DNA of 64,000 bases from Nemertoderma westbladi. Lineage: Eukaryota; Animalia; Xenacoelomorpha. The notes under the pieces are model-generated. The model had not been told where the DNA came from, did no database searches, and worked only from the letters and a program-made list of their open reading frames with translations. The stretch lies in the NCBI GenBank assembly GCA_032718475.1, contig JAUCBJ010008976.1, positions 122,015 through 186,014 of the forward strand, written 5' to 3'. Shown piece by piece: positions 51,057 to 64,000 of the stretch. A program made the translations under genes and the position numbers. Positions within the stretch are counted from its first letter, which is position 1. Each line of letters opens with the position of its first letter.

Positions 51057-51783
51057 GTATCTGCCGGAGTGACCAAAGCACAAAATCTCCAGTCTTTACC
51101 TACGCCGAGCAGCCCTGATGTAGTACCGGGGTTAATTTAACTATAATGGTATGTATAACAAGCACAATCACTGTATGAATAAACTTGGGGATATGAATGT
51201 TGCGAATAATCGCATAAACTCTGAATAATAAATATTACGCTACCCGTACAGACTACTCAAACAAAATACAAACCAAACGCTGGCAGACTACTATCAAGCC
51301 TAAATAAACTACAGTATGTGCAGATTCCGAAATGGTTAGTTAGTATGCGTTCTAACCGAGTAGGACGACTTATTCTTTCGAGGGGGTTTACCTCACAGCA
51401 CTGGAAGCCCCTACATTCCTAACTAGTACTTTATCGGACAGATACTCTACACACACCGCAATGTCTTCAGACCTAACAACAGTCAGACAACAGTCGAGCC
51501 TACAAATTATCTGTACAATCTGAGCAGGCTTACACGTCTTCTGCTCAATATTAGCCTACAATTAAATAAAACTGACAGAAATAAATAAGCTCCAAAAGAA
51601 ACAAGGGGTGTACAGTCCCTAATCTCTTAAGCAGCCTACCACTATACAATATCACAATTGAAATAATACTGATGTACGGTACCTGTACTGTAAGTACCGG
51701 TTCCGGTGGTTAGGTAGTTAGGCCTACAGGTTACCGGTCGACCGGTACTTCTCTCTTTATTGCCTACGCCGCAATAAAGAAGC

Positions 51784-51795
51784 TATAACTGTTAC
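51784..51795 (-). promoter_or_regulatory. Self-complementary primer-binding site of B
   Basis: Minus-strand GTAACAGTTATA pairs with the LTR 12-mer at 52542-52553 (also 22940-22951). Confidence 0.75.
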
Positions 51796-52999
51796 TGTTT
51801 GCGCTTTTAAGACCTTTAGCAGTTTAACCTGCCAAATTTATATGTCTTTTAGATTATAAATCGACTTTAGCCTATGACAAGTATTTGATACAAATAAACA
51901 CTACATTAGCCGAAGCCAGCCTAGTGCGCGACCATTCACCCATTGGATATACCCGGGAGACTGGATTCGGAAGACTTGACCTTATTGCGTTGTAAGCCTA
52001 CTGTATTATTCGATTGATCGTTAATATATAATCTCTGACAAATATTATTCACTTTCGGGAAATATTAACAGTTCCTTTAGGACGTGGCGCTCTAATTATG
52101 TAAACAGAGTTATGACTTATACTAAACACAACGGTATGGCTTATGATTCACGTATAAGGCGCATTCTTTAGGAGATGCTTAGTTACCAGTCAAACCATGC
52201 ACTCTATCGCACAATACTGCATACCAATCTGCCGACCTTTACTAATTTTAGTCACATATAAAGAGAACAGCAATTGACCCATGTAGTGCCTATGAAATAG
52301 CATTAGATTCACTCCAAAACCAATATAATATGAGTCGCAATTGCTATATGTAACCTGTCTCTTACCTTCAGTATATCAAGAAGATGGGGTTTTTATGATT
52401 CTTTCTCGATATTATCCAAATATAATAATATTCCATCAACTGATACAATTAATAACCGACAGTAAATAGCAGTAAAATAATGCGGTGAAAGGCCATAATG
52501 CATTGAGTGCACGGTGGTACCGTAAGACTTGGCTTGTTATGGTAACAGTTATACGTTCCGGTAATCAAGCCGTTCTAATGTTTGGCTAAAGTCTGAAACA
52601 CAGAATTATTCCACAGCCAATGTTCATGGCGTCAGGAAAAAGGTAAACATAAACCGTAATGCATTGCGCGATTTCCCGGAGGCCTCTGTGTAATAAACTG
52701 AAAATCACGCTGATTGGTCGAGTGATTGCACAGAGTGGGCCTGAACAAAGAAAGTTCCACGAGTACACCAAATCAGCTGATAGATGTCGTAATCTGGACT
52801 ACACTGTGTAGAGAGTATTATGGCGTATTGCGACATAGGATTGCTAGTTATGTCCGCCAAAGTACACATACAGAAAAATAGCTTTTTATGTCCACTAAAA
52901 TACCGGTACAGTAAGGAAACGACTTTTATGTCCTTTAAAACATCTAAAGAGTACTTCGCGGGGAAAAAATGACTAGCCAATCCCGCAAAAGCCTTTACA
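51796..52999 (-). repeat. 5' LTR of element B
   Basis: Direct repeat of 22178-23397. Confidence 0.95.
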
Positions 53000-53125
53000 G
53001 TGTCTGGTATAAGTCATAACTCTGTTTATATATTTAGAGCGCCACGTCCTAAAGGAACTGTTAGTATTTCCCGAAAGTTAATAATATTTGTCAGAGATTA
53101 TATATTAGTGATCAATCGAATAGTA

Positions 53126-53272
53126 TAGATAGATAGATTTATTTATACATTATGTAAAAACAATAACAAATACACCAAACAATGTACCGGTATAAAGGTA
53201 TTGTCAAACATAACATATAGGATTACCCCTAAAGCTTTGCAGCTTATTTCCAAGGGGGTCCTTTATGTTACT
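53126..53272 (-). mobile_element. 5'-truncated LINE (CR1/L2-like) 3' end inserted in D's LTR
   Basis: Absent from the other LTRs; the minus strand has stem-loop AAGCT-GCAA-AGCTT, AATAAA and a (TCTA)n tail; flanked by TAGTA direct repeats. Confidence 0.7.
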
Positions 53273-53486
53273 TAGTACAGTAGGCCTACCCCGCAATAAG
53301 GTCTAAGCCATCCGAATCCAGTCTCCTGGGTATATCCAGCGGGTGAATGGTCGCGCACTAGGCTGGCTTCGGCTAATGTAGTGTTTATGTGTATCAAATA
53401 CTTGTCACAAGCTAAAGTCGATTTACAAACTAAAAGACATATAAATTTGGCAGGTTAAACTGCTAAAGGTATTAAAAGCGCGAACA

Positions 53487-53497
53487 ATAACAGTTAT
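53487..53497 (+). promoter_or_regulatory. Self-complementary primer-binding site of D
   Basis: ATAACAGTTAT pairs with LTR 21740-21750 ATAGCTGTTAT (one G-U). Confidence 0.7.
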
Positions 53498-55566
53498 CGC
53501 TTCTTTATTGCAGTAGGCAATAAAGTTGAAGTACCGGTCGACCGGTAACCTGTAGGCCTGACTACCTAATCTCCCGAACCGGTACTTACAGCAGTACATG
53601 TACATCAGTATTATTCGATTTTGATAATTATATACCAGTAGGTCTTGATATTTAATCAGGGACTGCAGCCCTAGTTTTTTATTGAGATTTTACTTATTTC
53701 TGTCAGTTTTATTTATTTGTAGGTTAACATTGAGCAGAAGGCGTGTAAGCCTGCCCAGATTGTACAGATAATTTGTAGGCTGGATTGTTGTCTGACTGTT
53801 GTTAGGTCTGAAGGGATTGCAGTGTGTGTAGAGCATCTGTCCGATAAAGTGCTAGTTAGGAACATAGGGGCTTCCAGTGTTGTAAGGTAAATCCCCCCCC
53901 CCCCCCCCCCCGAAAGAATAAGTCGTACTACTAGGTGAGAACGCATACTATCTAACCATTTCGGAGTCTGCATATACTGTAGTTTATTTAGGCTTGATAG
54001 TAGTCTGCCAGCGTTTGGTTTGTATTTTGTTTGTGTAGTCTGTACAAGTAGCGTAATATTCTTATTCAGATAATTTGTAGGTTGGATTGTTGTTTGGCTG
54101 TTGTTAGGTCTGAAGGGACTGCTGTGTGTATAGAGCATCTGTCCGATAAAGTGCTAGTTAGGAACGTGGGGGCATCTTGAGTTGTAAGGTAAACCCCCCT
54201 GAAAGAATAAGTCGTACTACTAGGTTAGAACACATACTAACTAACCATTTCGGAGTCTGCATATACTGTAGTTTATTTAGGCTTGATAGTAGTGTGCCAG
54301 CGTTCAGTCTGTATTTTGTTTGAGTAGTTTATACGGGTAGCGTAATATTTATTATTCAGAGTTCATGCGATTATTTGCAACATTCATAACCCCAAGTTTA
54401 TTCCTACAGTAATTGTGTTTGTTATACATACCGTTATAGTTAAATTAACCCCGGTACTACATCAGGGCTGCTTGGCGTAGGTACAGACTGGTGATTTTGT
54501 GCTCCGGTCACTCCAGCAGATGCCGTGGTTCTTTTAGCTGTTCAAGTATATTTAACTGCAGGTTATCTGTTGTACAAGTGCTTGTACCTAATTTAGGGTT
54601 TAGTGTACAGTGCTTTCCGAGAGTAATTAGTTTGTAGGCATTATATTTGTGTTGTAAAGTGGTTAATAGGCACGTTGGCTATAGTAGGCCGCGGTAATTA
54701 ACCTCTAGGTAGGAACACTCCGTGAAACATAATGTAGTACTTATAGCGATACGGCTATAAGTCGTCAGACGGTGGTATTTTTCCTATCTGGACAACGCAA
54801 TATATTTACTACTGCTTATTATTTTCAAATACCGTAGTATCCTGTCCGTTGTAATAACCAGAAATTCTAACTCTCTGTTAGGCTGGTTTGTAGTTCCCTG
54901 TAAAATTACCCTAAAAATTCGTGCGTGTAAATTTTTGTTGTGTTTATTTAGAGATTGTAATCTCACCCGTATTGTACGTAATTTGTAGATAAGTAACTGA
55001 GGCAAGTAGAATTATTTGTTTTAGTGTCCAATAAGTAGCACTTCACTGAGAGCGTATAGCTTCTGTGTAGTGACTCCTTCTCAGAAATAATAACATCTAT
55101 TTCAATATTGTAACAAAACCCCTCATACGGGTATATATATTACAAATCAACTCAAACTGATTTATAAAATAGTAGGCCTGTCATATAACAATTAGGTTTT
55201 AATATCAGTTGGACTACTGCTTAAATAACGGTAATAAAGTAACGTAAAGTAACAAAGTAACCTTTAAATTTCAGAAATTCAATTATTCTAAAATAATTGA
55301 CATACCGGTATCTATAATAGGCTTATTATATATTTATATATATTTGCGTTGAAATTATATACCGGTATTCTGTAATTAATTCTAGTCTGTCATTATACTT
55401 ATATACATACTATAAGTGTATACCGGTATTCCAATATATTGTGTATATATCACGTTACACTGAGTAACAGTATCGTTAATTAATCACTAGGCTTACAGTG
55501 ATACTGAATTACTAGACTTGCTTTAACTGTATTTATAGCAGTAGGCATTCAACTGTATAAACAGAA

Positions 55567-58500
55567 ATGTCTGATACAAAGCAAAACCTGTCAGACAGTC
55601 TATTAGATGTAACCATCTGTGACTCAGATAGGAGTGTAGAACCGTTGAGACCTAAGTTCAGCTCACCTCCTACTGCAAGAAAGGTCATCCCTCCAGTAGT
55701 AATATCAGACCCTAGGCTAGTCCAACACCGTAGGTCTATCATCGGCACTCGGGCACAAGTCAAGCGGGATCAAGAAGCAGCTGTCAAACAGCAGCAACAT
55801 CCTAGCCAAGAACCTAGTTCTCAGCGGCCCGATAGCTCCAGTAGTTTGGATACTGTAGAGCTGACACCCGAACGCGGAGCGAAGATGGTGGATGTGGTTT
55901 TTTTGGACCTCCTTCTTATTCTTCCTGCAGCAGTACTAACTACGGTATTAGTTGCGATAGAGGAACACCAAAGCGATTGGGTGAGAAGTAAGCGGTCGAC
56001 CAAAGAAAGTTATGCGGGATACGCAAGGGAGGAACTGATGTCTATTGTCGAGTCGCAATGGAACTTCCCCGGACTCGGACTCCCGTTTGACTTATCAGAG
56101 GCTACTTGGGAAGACATACACAGGATGGGAGTGACTAAAGACACAATGGATCCAGCTGTTTGGAAGAGGTCGGCAGCAGGATATGTACAGGGATTCTTCG
56201 GCTCTTTGGAGCGATTAGAGGAACAACTGTTTTGACAACTCCAAGGACCTCAAGAGCAGGAAGAGCTGCTTTATCAAGTACGAGAGAGAACTCTACGTAT
56301 TAGACTAATCCTATCGGCCTTTGAGGAAACTTCAAAAAGAAGACAGGACACGTCGTTGCAAATGGCCGTCAAGACTTGGTTCCAGCGGGTGAGTCTCAAG
56401 GTTCAAGAAACGGACAAGTGGAAATCTCAGTTGGCTGAGCGCCCAACCTATGGAGAATCAACCGACGCCACCTTTTCTCAAGTGGAAAGCGAAGTGACAG
56501 CAGAGAAACCGCGAACGAGAGACGCTATTGACATCTATCTGTCAGACTATCAACGATTCCTCGGTGACGAGGAGTTGAGGAGACGGCTGTCTGGACTTTG
56601 CCCTAATAGTGAAGGAACTAAACTTGTGTTGGACACAATCGATGCGGAAATGTTAGCTGCGAACCAAGCTAAATTTGATGAACACCTCCGCATCGCTAGA
56701 GTCCAGGAGGAACAAGTAAAGAAAAGACGAATAGAAGACAGAAAGACAGCAGCAGTAGCAGCGGCAATGGCAACGGCAGAAGCGGAAAGAAAGGCGGCAG
56801 CGGCAGCAGCAGAGGCAGAGGCAGAAGCGGCAGCAGCAGCGGCAATGGCAACGGCAGAAGCGGAAAGAAAAGCAGCAGTTGCAGTGGCAGAAGCAGAACG
56901 GAGAGCGTCTGAAGAGATCACCCAACTAGAGTTGGAAAATTTTCAAGAGACGCAAGACTGCATAAATAAACAGTTAACAGCTAGTCAAATGCAGATGATG
57001 AGTCGATCTACGCCCAAGAGACAGGGGTATACATCATCTGAGGAAGGCGATACCACCGATCCTGAAGGCGGAGTGAATAGATCTCGTCTAAGTAGGCGTA
57101 GAAGAACATCTCACCGTCAGAAATTGCCTGATTTGCCCCCAGCTGTTAGAAGACAATTAGCTAGCACAGACTTAGGTAGTACAGAACCCACAGACCAAAT
57201 TATTAGAGTAGAAAGACTCCCTACTATAGTGGATGAACCTGAAATAATTAGGCCTGTTCTCGAAGCCACCCCTTCGGTGAGAGAGAAACCTGTACTCCTA
57301 GAACCTACTTCTCAATTCCCTTTGCACACCACTAAACTACCTGTGCCCCACAGATCAGCCCCTGAGACAGTTCCTGTCATGGACTCCGAGCGAAATATCA
57401 ATGATTTGTCGCCCGTTGTCCCTCGTCTGCCCACTACTATGTTGGTGGCTCCCGCTTTGGCGGTCGAGTGGGTGGAAGATGGACGGCGGGGGATGGATCT
57501 CCTGCTCGGGCAGATGCAGGAGACTGTCCACCAACTCAAGGGAACAGTAAGGGAAAGTAGGTTAGAGTTGCAAGAAGTGCAGCAGAGTATCGCGTTAGAA
57601 CGCGATAAATTAGTAAATGCACAAAGGGGTATACCACCACCCCCTGTAACAATGTGTCAACCTGTTAGGTCTGAAGTATTTCATGCGCAAGGTGTGGAGC
57701 CTACACGCATCTATACTGCTAGTGAAGTAGAAACTCCTATAGTAAACCCTATTAAGGGTAATTATAAACCTGTTGACAATGATATTCCATATAGACCTGA
57801 TCATAATCCGAGAAATTTATATACCGATAACTCGATATTAAATAATACGATGGCCCAAGAAAGTTTTACGCGTCAAATGGCTAGAACCGAAGCCCGTCAA
57901 GCGGTAAAGGTGGGAGAGATCGTCAAGTTCAATGGAGATGAGATGAAATGGTTACCTTTTAATGAATATTATAAAGATAACATACAGAACTCTGTGCTAT
58001 CTAACAGAGAGAAACTTAGATACCTCATCGAATGTTTGGAAGGACCTCCCAAGTTAATGGCGTTAAAATTTATTGGACATCCAGATGGATTAAGACAAGT
58101 TTGGGATACACTAAATATCAGGTATGGTAATAGGAATAACATAGCTAAGTATTTGTATGCAAAACTGGTAGCGCCTAGAAAGTTCATTAGCAGCGGGATT
58201 ATAGAGTTTTCTGATGAGATCCAGGAGATCTGTAGACAATTAGATTGGCTAGGTAAGTCTCATGAATATCAGAGTTCTATGGTTATTGGAGCCGTGGCCT
58301 CTACTTTACCAAAGGGCGGAGTAGGTACACGATGGGACAAGAAAGTCTTATATATGATGGAACAACAACGACGAGACCCTACCATGGCTGATCTCATGTC
58401 ATTCTTCGATGGAGAGGTAAAATTACAACTCCTAAAGCTGTCCAGAGAGAAGACACCGGAAAATAAGACAAGTGAGAAACCCGTTTCTAGGAGAAAGGTA

Positions 58501-59376
58501 ACACCAGTGTGTTATACCGACAATGGCGAAAGCCAGGCTTCTCAAGAAGAAGACAGCGGGAAAGACAATGAAAGATCTTACTATATCAATAAAGCGCCAA
58601 AAGACGTAAGTAAATTTAAGGCTCAAACCAATGACAGGAGAGAGCAGGTAAGAAAAAACCTCCCTCCGTCTCCTAAGAGAATTCATGGAAGAAAGCCAGA
58701 GGAAAGAACGAATGTGAACAACGCAACGCAGAGTAAGGTAAGTAACATCAAACCCAAATATGCGCTGTGTGACGGACCCCACCGTTTGAGTGTGTTTGCT
58801 GAATTCCTCAAGAAATCCCTGATAGACAGACGTGAAGTCATGTGGGATAAGCGGTTATGTTATAATTGCCTCAGACAAGGACACCAACGGCGAACCTGTT
58901 ACTCCGACGCAAGGTGTGTAAAGTGCGGCGCGAAACATCATATCTTGTTGCACAGTGAATTCGAAAGAAATAGCCCGAGTCAGGTAAGTGAGTCCGAACT
59001 ACATGTCCAATTCAGTGATGTGAACGACACTGACCAAAGTTCTGAGATGGAAGGATTCTATACGGACGAATTCTCCGACGAAAACGAATCCTGTTACCTA
59101 ATAAATACCGCAGTGTATCGAGCACTTACGTATGAAAAGGACACCGACAGTGAGCCCCCCATAACTACTCCTGATCCACAACAATCTTGGAAAGCACCAA
59201 CTTCCAATGTAGGAATCAGAGAATTTCCCGTAGTGCAGGTGAGAGTCCACGGGCCCCGAAAATGCTATATTGTGAACGCCCTTCTTGACTCCGGCAGCAC
59301 AGGAACATTCATCGACAAAGAACTAGCCGAAGACATCTTTGCTGGACAACCCAAGTTCCGAACTAAGTTAAATTAG
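55567..59376 (+). pseudogene. gag: gag-protease of element D, one premature TGA (56233-56235), truncated within the protease
   Basis: ORFs 55567-56235 and 56356-59376 are in the same frame; best-preserved Gag in the window. Confidence 0.9.
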
Positions 59377-59662
59377 CGGTAGAATTAGGGTAATTCTCAT
59401 GCATACAGATCTGGGATGCTATTTAATAGTAATTCTTTAATTGTCAATATCCTCTTTATACATGATTTTATGAATTTTATCGGCTATTGACACTATATTG
59501 GAGATTCTCTCACACTAGTACACTTAATAGGGTGAATCTCCACTCCCATGATCTATTAATTAATGGAATTTTGGGAATGTTATAAATTGTATAAAATAAC
59601 TATTTATCAAATTCATTAAAAGAGATGAATTTAAATTTATTCCCGTAAATTTAATTATTTAA

Positions 59663-60790
59663 GGGGGGGGGAAGGCATTTTCTGACCAAAAAGTCGAATT
59701 TTTGAAACATATCCTATCTGATGCAGAATTTCATGCTGAATCCAAATATGGAAACCGTTTTCCCATATCTAGCTTAGTTTTCGAGATATCTGGGATAGAA
59801 GATACTGGCTTCGATATATCGTGATATCGGTAAGGCGATGAAGTTTGGGGTTTGCATTCAATTTCAGCAAATTTCTGTGCTCAGTGGTGCTAATTGGATG
59901 TCTTCACGGAAAAGAGCACAAAATTTTAATTGAGAAAGTATTTTTTTTATGATTATTGGACCTACTGAACAGTTTATAAGACAACTTCAAGTCTAAGGAA
60001 TGAAGACGGGACTCGAATAAGCGACTCTGCGGTCTTTGCGGGATTACACGGAATAGACTTATCGGTCATCGGAGATCTTCAAAATGTATAATCTCCAGTT
60101 CTAGTGGTCGTACGGAGTTCGTTCAGGGCTCATTCGAAAGCTCTTTTCTCAGAGACCAAAGTTACCATTTGGTTTGGCAAACTCTTGAAAGCTGCCTGAG
60201 CAATCATAACTTGAACAAAATTTGCAAGGCATATTTTACCCAAATTCATGTTATGTTGCTTTACAACCATTTTGTCTTAAATCAAATGGTAACTTTGTTC
60301 TCTAAGAAAAGAGCTTTCGAATGAGCCTAAAACGAACTTCGTACGACCACTAGAACTGGAGATTATACATTTTGAAGATCTCCGATGACCGATAAGTCTA
60401 TTCCGTGTAATCACGCAAAGACCGCAGAGTCGCTTATTCGAGTCCTGACTTCATTCCGGAGACTTGAAGTTGTCTTATAAACTGATCAGTAGGTCCAATA
60501 ATCATAAAAAAATACTTTCTCAATTAAAATTTTGTGCTCTTTCTCGTGGAGACATCCAATTGGCATCACCGGGCACAGAAATTTGCAGAAATTGAATGCA
60601 AACCCCAAACTTCATCGCCTTACCGATATTGCGATATATTGGAGCCAGTATCTTCTATCCCAGATATCTCGAAAACTAAGCGAGATATGGGAAAACGGTT
60701 TCCATATTTGGATTCAGCATGAAATTCTGCATCAGATAGGATATGTTTCAAAAATTCGTCTTTTTGGTCAGAAAATGCGCTACCCCCCCC
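59663..60790. mobile_element. Palindromic MITE, Kolobok-like
   Basis: GGGGGGG...CCCCCCC ends, ~520-bp TIRs, TTAA on both sides (59659-62, 60791-94). Confidence 0.8.
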
Positions 60791-60794
60791 TTAA

Positions 60795-62347
60795 CCCTAT
60801 TAGTACCGGGCTATAAAATGCTGTACAAATACCGGGAGGGGGTCATATTGACCCCCCCCTCTAAAATCTACAAATATTTACGAAAACGTCTGATTTTTTG
60901 TTTGTACGTAGGTATCACTTGTCTGGATCCGACCGAAAAAAAAATTTTTCGAAAAAATGTACTGGGGTGGTTATATTGCAGCACCAAAATTACAAGTAGT
61001 GCACAATTTTCACAAAATTTGAAAGTTACATTTTCGGCTAATTATTTTTCAATACAGGTTTTCTGGGGTGCAAAAAACATTGGAAAATATTTAAAAATGA
61101 TATGATTACTATAAATGGCTGTTTAGTCCTCTCTGCGTAGGAAAAAAATGAAAAAAACAAGTAACCAGCACTTTTCAGGTAGAACACAAAATTTTTAATT
61201 CACTTATACGATGCTATAAATTCACATTTTCAGGTTTTCGATTGCGCTGATTCTAATGGAATACATTTCTAATATGCCAGATCATTGATACTTGTATTTT
61301 TCGGCGTAATTTGGCAAATTTTGGTGCTAGCACCAAATTTCGTACCCATCACCAAAAAGTACAAGTTTGCGATGTCCAGTGCTGTTTTTATGGATTCCAT
61401 CGGATTCAGGACCCTCATAAACCCGTATAACGCAAGAAACAAGGTGATACTATCTACTGATAAATTTGCATATTTTCCAAAATTTGGTGCTGGCACAACA
61501 ATTTTCACCCACTGGCGAAAAATACCAGTTTGAGAACTCTTATGAAATTTTTACTGATTCCATTGAATTCAGAACCATCACAAACCCGTATAACGCAAGA
61601 AACAAGGTGACACAATCAATTGATATATTTGATGGTTTTCAAAATTTGGTGCTAGCACCACATTTTGCACCCACATCCGAAAAATACAAGTTTGAGATGT
61701 CTAGTTCGATAATTATTTATTCCATTGAATTCAGAACAGCCATAAACCTCTAAAACGCAAGAAATAAATTGTCACAAGCAATTTTATCTATCGAATGAAT
61801 TTTCAAAATTTCGTGCTAGCACCAAAATTTGCACACAGCACCGAAAAATACAAGTTTGAAACGCTTGGTGAAACTCGTATATATTTCATCGAATCCAGAA
61901 CCCCAAAAAACCCCAATTGCGTAAAAAACAAGTTTCAAACAAACAATTTACAAAATTGACATAATTCAAAATTTGGTGCTGGCACCAAAATTTGGCACCC
62001 ACCGAAAAAAACAAGTTTGAAATTTCTAAATCAATTTATATGAATTCCATCAAATTTCTAACACCAAAAAACCGGTGTAAATCAAAAATAGAGATGTTAC
62101 AATTCATATTTAATGAAATGTAATTTTCAAAAAACGTCTCAAAAAAAGTGCCAAAAGTAGGGTTAAAAAATGGTGCTATAACTCGAAAAGTACCCAATAT
62201 TTTTGAAAACAGTTTTCACTACTAGGAAGACAATAGATTTTTAGGAAAAGTCATAAAATTTCAGATTCCCAACTGCGTTTGTTTCAGAATTATAATAAAA
62301 AAACCACGGGGGGGGTCATATTGACCCCCCCCCCGGGTTTAATAGGG
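60795..62347. mobile_element. Non-autonomous piggyBac-like element
   Basis: TTAA|CCCTATTA...TAATAGGG|TTAA; subterminal GGGGGTCATATTGACCCCC at both ends; internal ~160-bp tandem repeats (~61310-62100). Confidence 0.8.
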
Positions 62348-63185
62348 TTAATATTAAAGCAGACACAATTTTATTCCAGAACATGTCTGGGGACATAGGA
62401 TCCTTAATTCTATGAATTTGTCTTTTTAAGAGTATCGGTAAGTGCTACGATATCTTAATCGACTAGAATTTTTAAAGGATCTGAATTTTACAGATTTTGA
62501 TTTATAGATTTGTAAATATTAAATAATTAATATTTGAGATGGGCACCGATTTATTCCAGAACTTGTCTGGGGACGTTAACCACTGATTCTAAAATTTTGT
62601 CTTTCAAGTATATCGGTGGGTGCCACGATATCTTAATCAACTAGAATTACAGATGGTCAAAAGGTTTAACAGATTTATTTGCTTATTATTATACTGTTAG
62701 AGGGAGATCACTCTACTATATGTATTATTATATACGGTATGAGAGCAATATCGCACGAAGCAATGTCAGTGTGAAGAGGCAAGTCGTTTCCAAGGTCTAC
62801 CCAGACCTACGAGGACACGAGGATCTGAACTTTGCATTCCTAATACTCTGCCTACCAATAATACTTAAATATAGTAGGAGCTTTATTGTACTTCAATAAG
62901 CACGGACATTTCATCTTACTGTAGTCACGTATTTATAATATGATACGGATAGTAAGGAAAGAGAAAAATAATTATTTCTCGCCGTCGCACTAAATATATA
63001 ATATATAAGTAATTAAGTAATAAACCTAATATATTGCACTAGTCTACTAAATAATCGCTAAAATAACATTCTACTAAATAAAATTAAAGAAAAACGATTA
63101 TAATAAAAGTACATGATAATACATACATAAATATAAAATAATAAAACTATGAAATAATATAGTCACACACCCACTCCTGACGATA

Positions 63186-63857
63186 TTACGTTGGGGAGTC
63201 CCTAGATGTTTGTTGAATTAGGGAGGTGGCCGTGGGAAGAGTGTCTTGCCTTCCGTAGTTTCCGGAGAGTTCTCTGTCTCTTTCCAGTAAACATAAACGA
63301 CCAACTGGGCGATTGAGCTGCTGTGTCTCAAAGAAAATTCCCGGTTTCTTAAAGTTACGCCGCATGATGACGAGTTCTACCGAGCGCACCAAACCATCAT
63401 CCGAGATATGAGTCTCGATGATACGACCTGTCTGCCACCGCTTACATGGAAGATCTGAATCCACAATAAGCACCATGTCTCCGGCGCTGACGTTTTCTTG
63501 CTGCGCAAACCACTTAGTTCGAAGTTGTAACGTGGGCAGATAATGTTTTTCGAAATGGTCAGCGAATCGACGGGATAACAACTGCATAAGTTGCCAAGTT
63601 TGTCGGCAGTATTTGTCTCCGTCTGTGATTTCCGATCGTGGGAGCATGGCTACAGGTTTCTTCAGTAGGAAGTGCGCAGGTGTTAGCGCTTCCAGGGAAT
63701 CGGGACTCAATGAGACTGGCATAAGCGGTCTCTCATTGAGATAGGCGGCGATTTCCTCCATTAACATCCGCAAAAGTTCGTTGGTGAGATACGCGCGGCA
63801 CCGCACTATAAAGAGAAATGCGGTCTTTACGCTCCTGATTAATCTCTCCCAACTTCC
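63186..63857 (-). pseudogene. pol: Inverted integrase C-terminal fragment
   Basis: WERLIRSVK...LTPAHFL...RPVGRLCLLE, homologous to ~45960-46629. Confidence 0.9.
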
Positions 63858-63874
63858 TACTTCTTTCTCCCAAC

Positions 63875-64000
63875 TTCTAAAGGAGAAGATCAGTTACCAG
63901 GAGCATGAAGAAACCAATAAGCAGATACTGAGACTCCTACAATGCTATGAGTATTCCGATAAGTATTTCCTGTTGTTGAGAAATCCACAGATGCGCTTAA
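63875..64000 (+). pseudogene. pol: pol fragment resuming on the + strand
   Basis: Matches element C from ~45152. Confidence 0.85.

Larger units (their letters stand above)
22178..52999 (-). mobile_element. BEL/Pao element B (RT/RNase H/IN-deleted; leader-gag duplicated; hosts element C)
   Basis: LTRs 22178-23397 (3') and 51796-52999 (5'); perfect TSD GTGTC at 22173-22177 and 53000-53004. Confidence 0.97.
21311..64000 (+). mobile_element. BEL/Pao element D (rearranged; 3' end outside the window)
   Basis: 5' LTR 21311-22177 + 53005-53486 split by element B; leader to 55566; gag-PR 55567-59376; inverted and re-joined pol pieces afterwards. Confidence 0.85.

Overview
Eukaryotic (metazoan-looking, AT-rich) transposon nest with no recognisable host gene. 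About 50 kb belongs to one BEL/Pao LTR-retrotransposon family, present as four elements with ~1.2-kb TG...CA LTRs and 5-bp TSDs. Element A (9890-17125,+) is internally deleted and sits inside a Mutator-like DDE transposase gene. Element D (+, from 21311) is inserted in an older BEL pol; element B (22178-52999,-) is inserted in D's LTR; element C (35202-51056,+, full length but mutated) is inserted in B's leader. Main finding: none of the four has a tRNA-type (TGG...) primer-binding site. Instead, the 11-12 nt directly after each 5' LTR are complementary to an 11-12-mer inside that element's own LTR. The pairing shows compensatory changes between elements, ends exactly at the LTR edge and is followed by a hypervariable LTR block. 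This is the signature expected of tRNA-independent self-priming, which I know only from Tf1/sushi-type Gypsy elements. The family also has an unassigned third ORF in the env position and duplicated RNA hairpins upstream of it. Also present: IS3EU-, Kolobok- and piggyBac-type non-autonomous DNA transposons, LINE 3' fragments and several tandem/hairpin arrays. All calls were made by eye; no searches were run.
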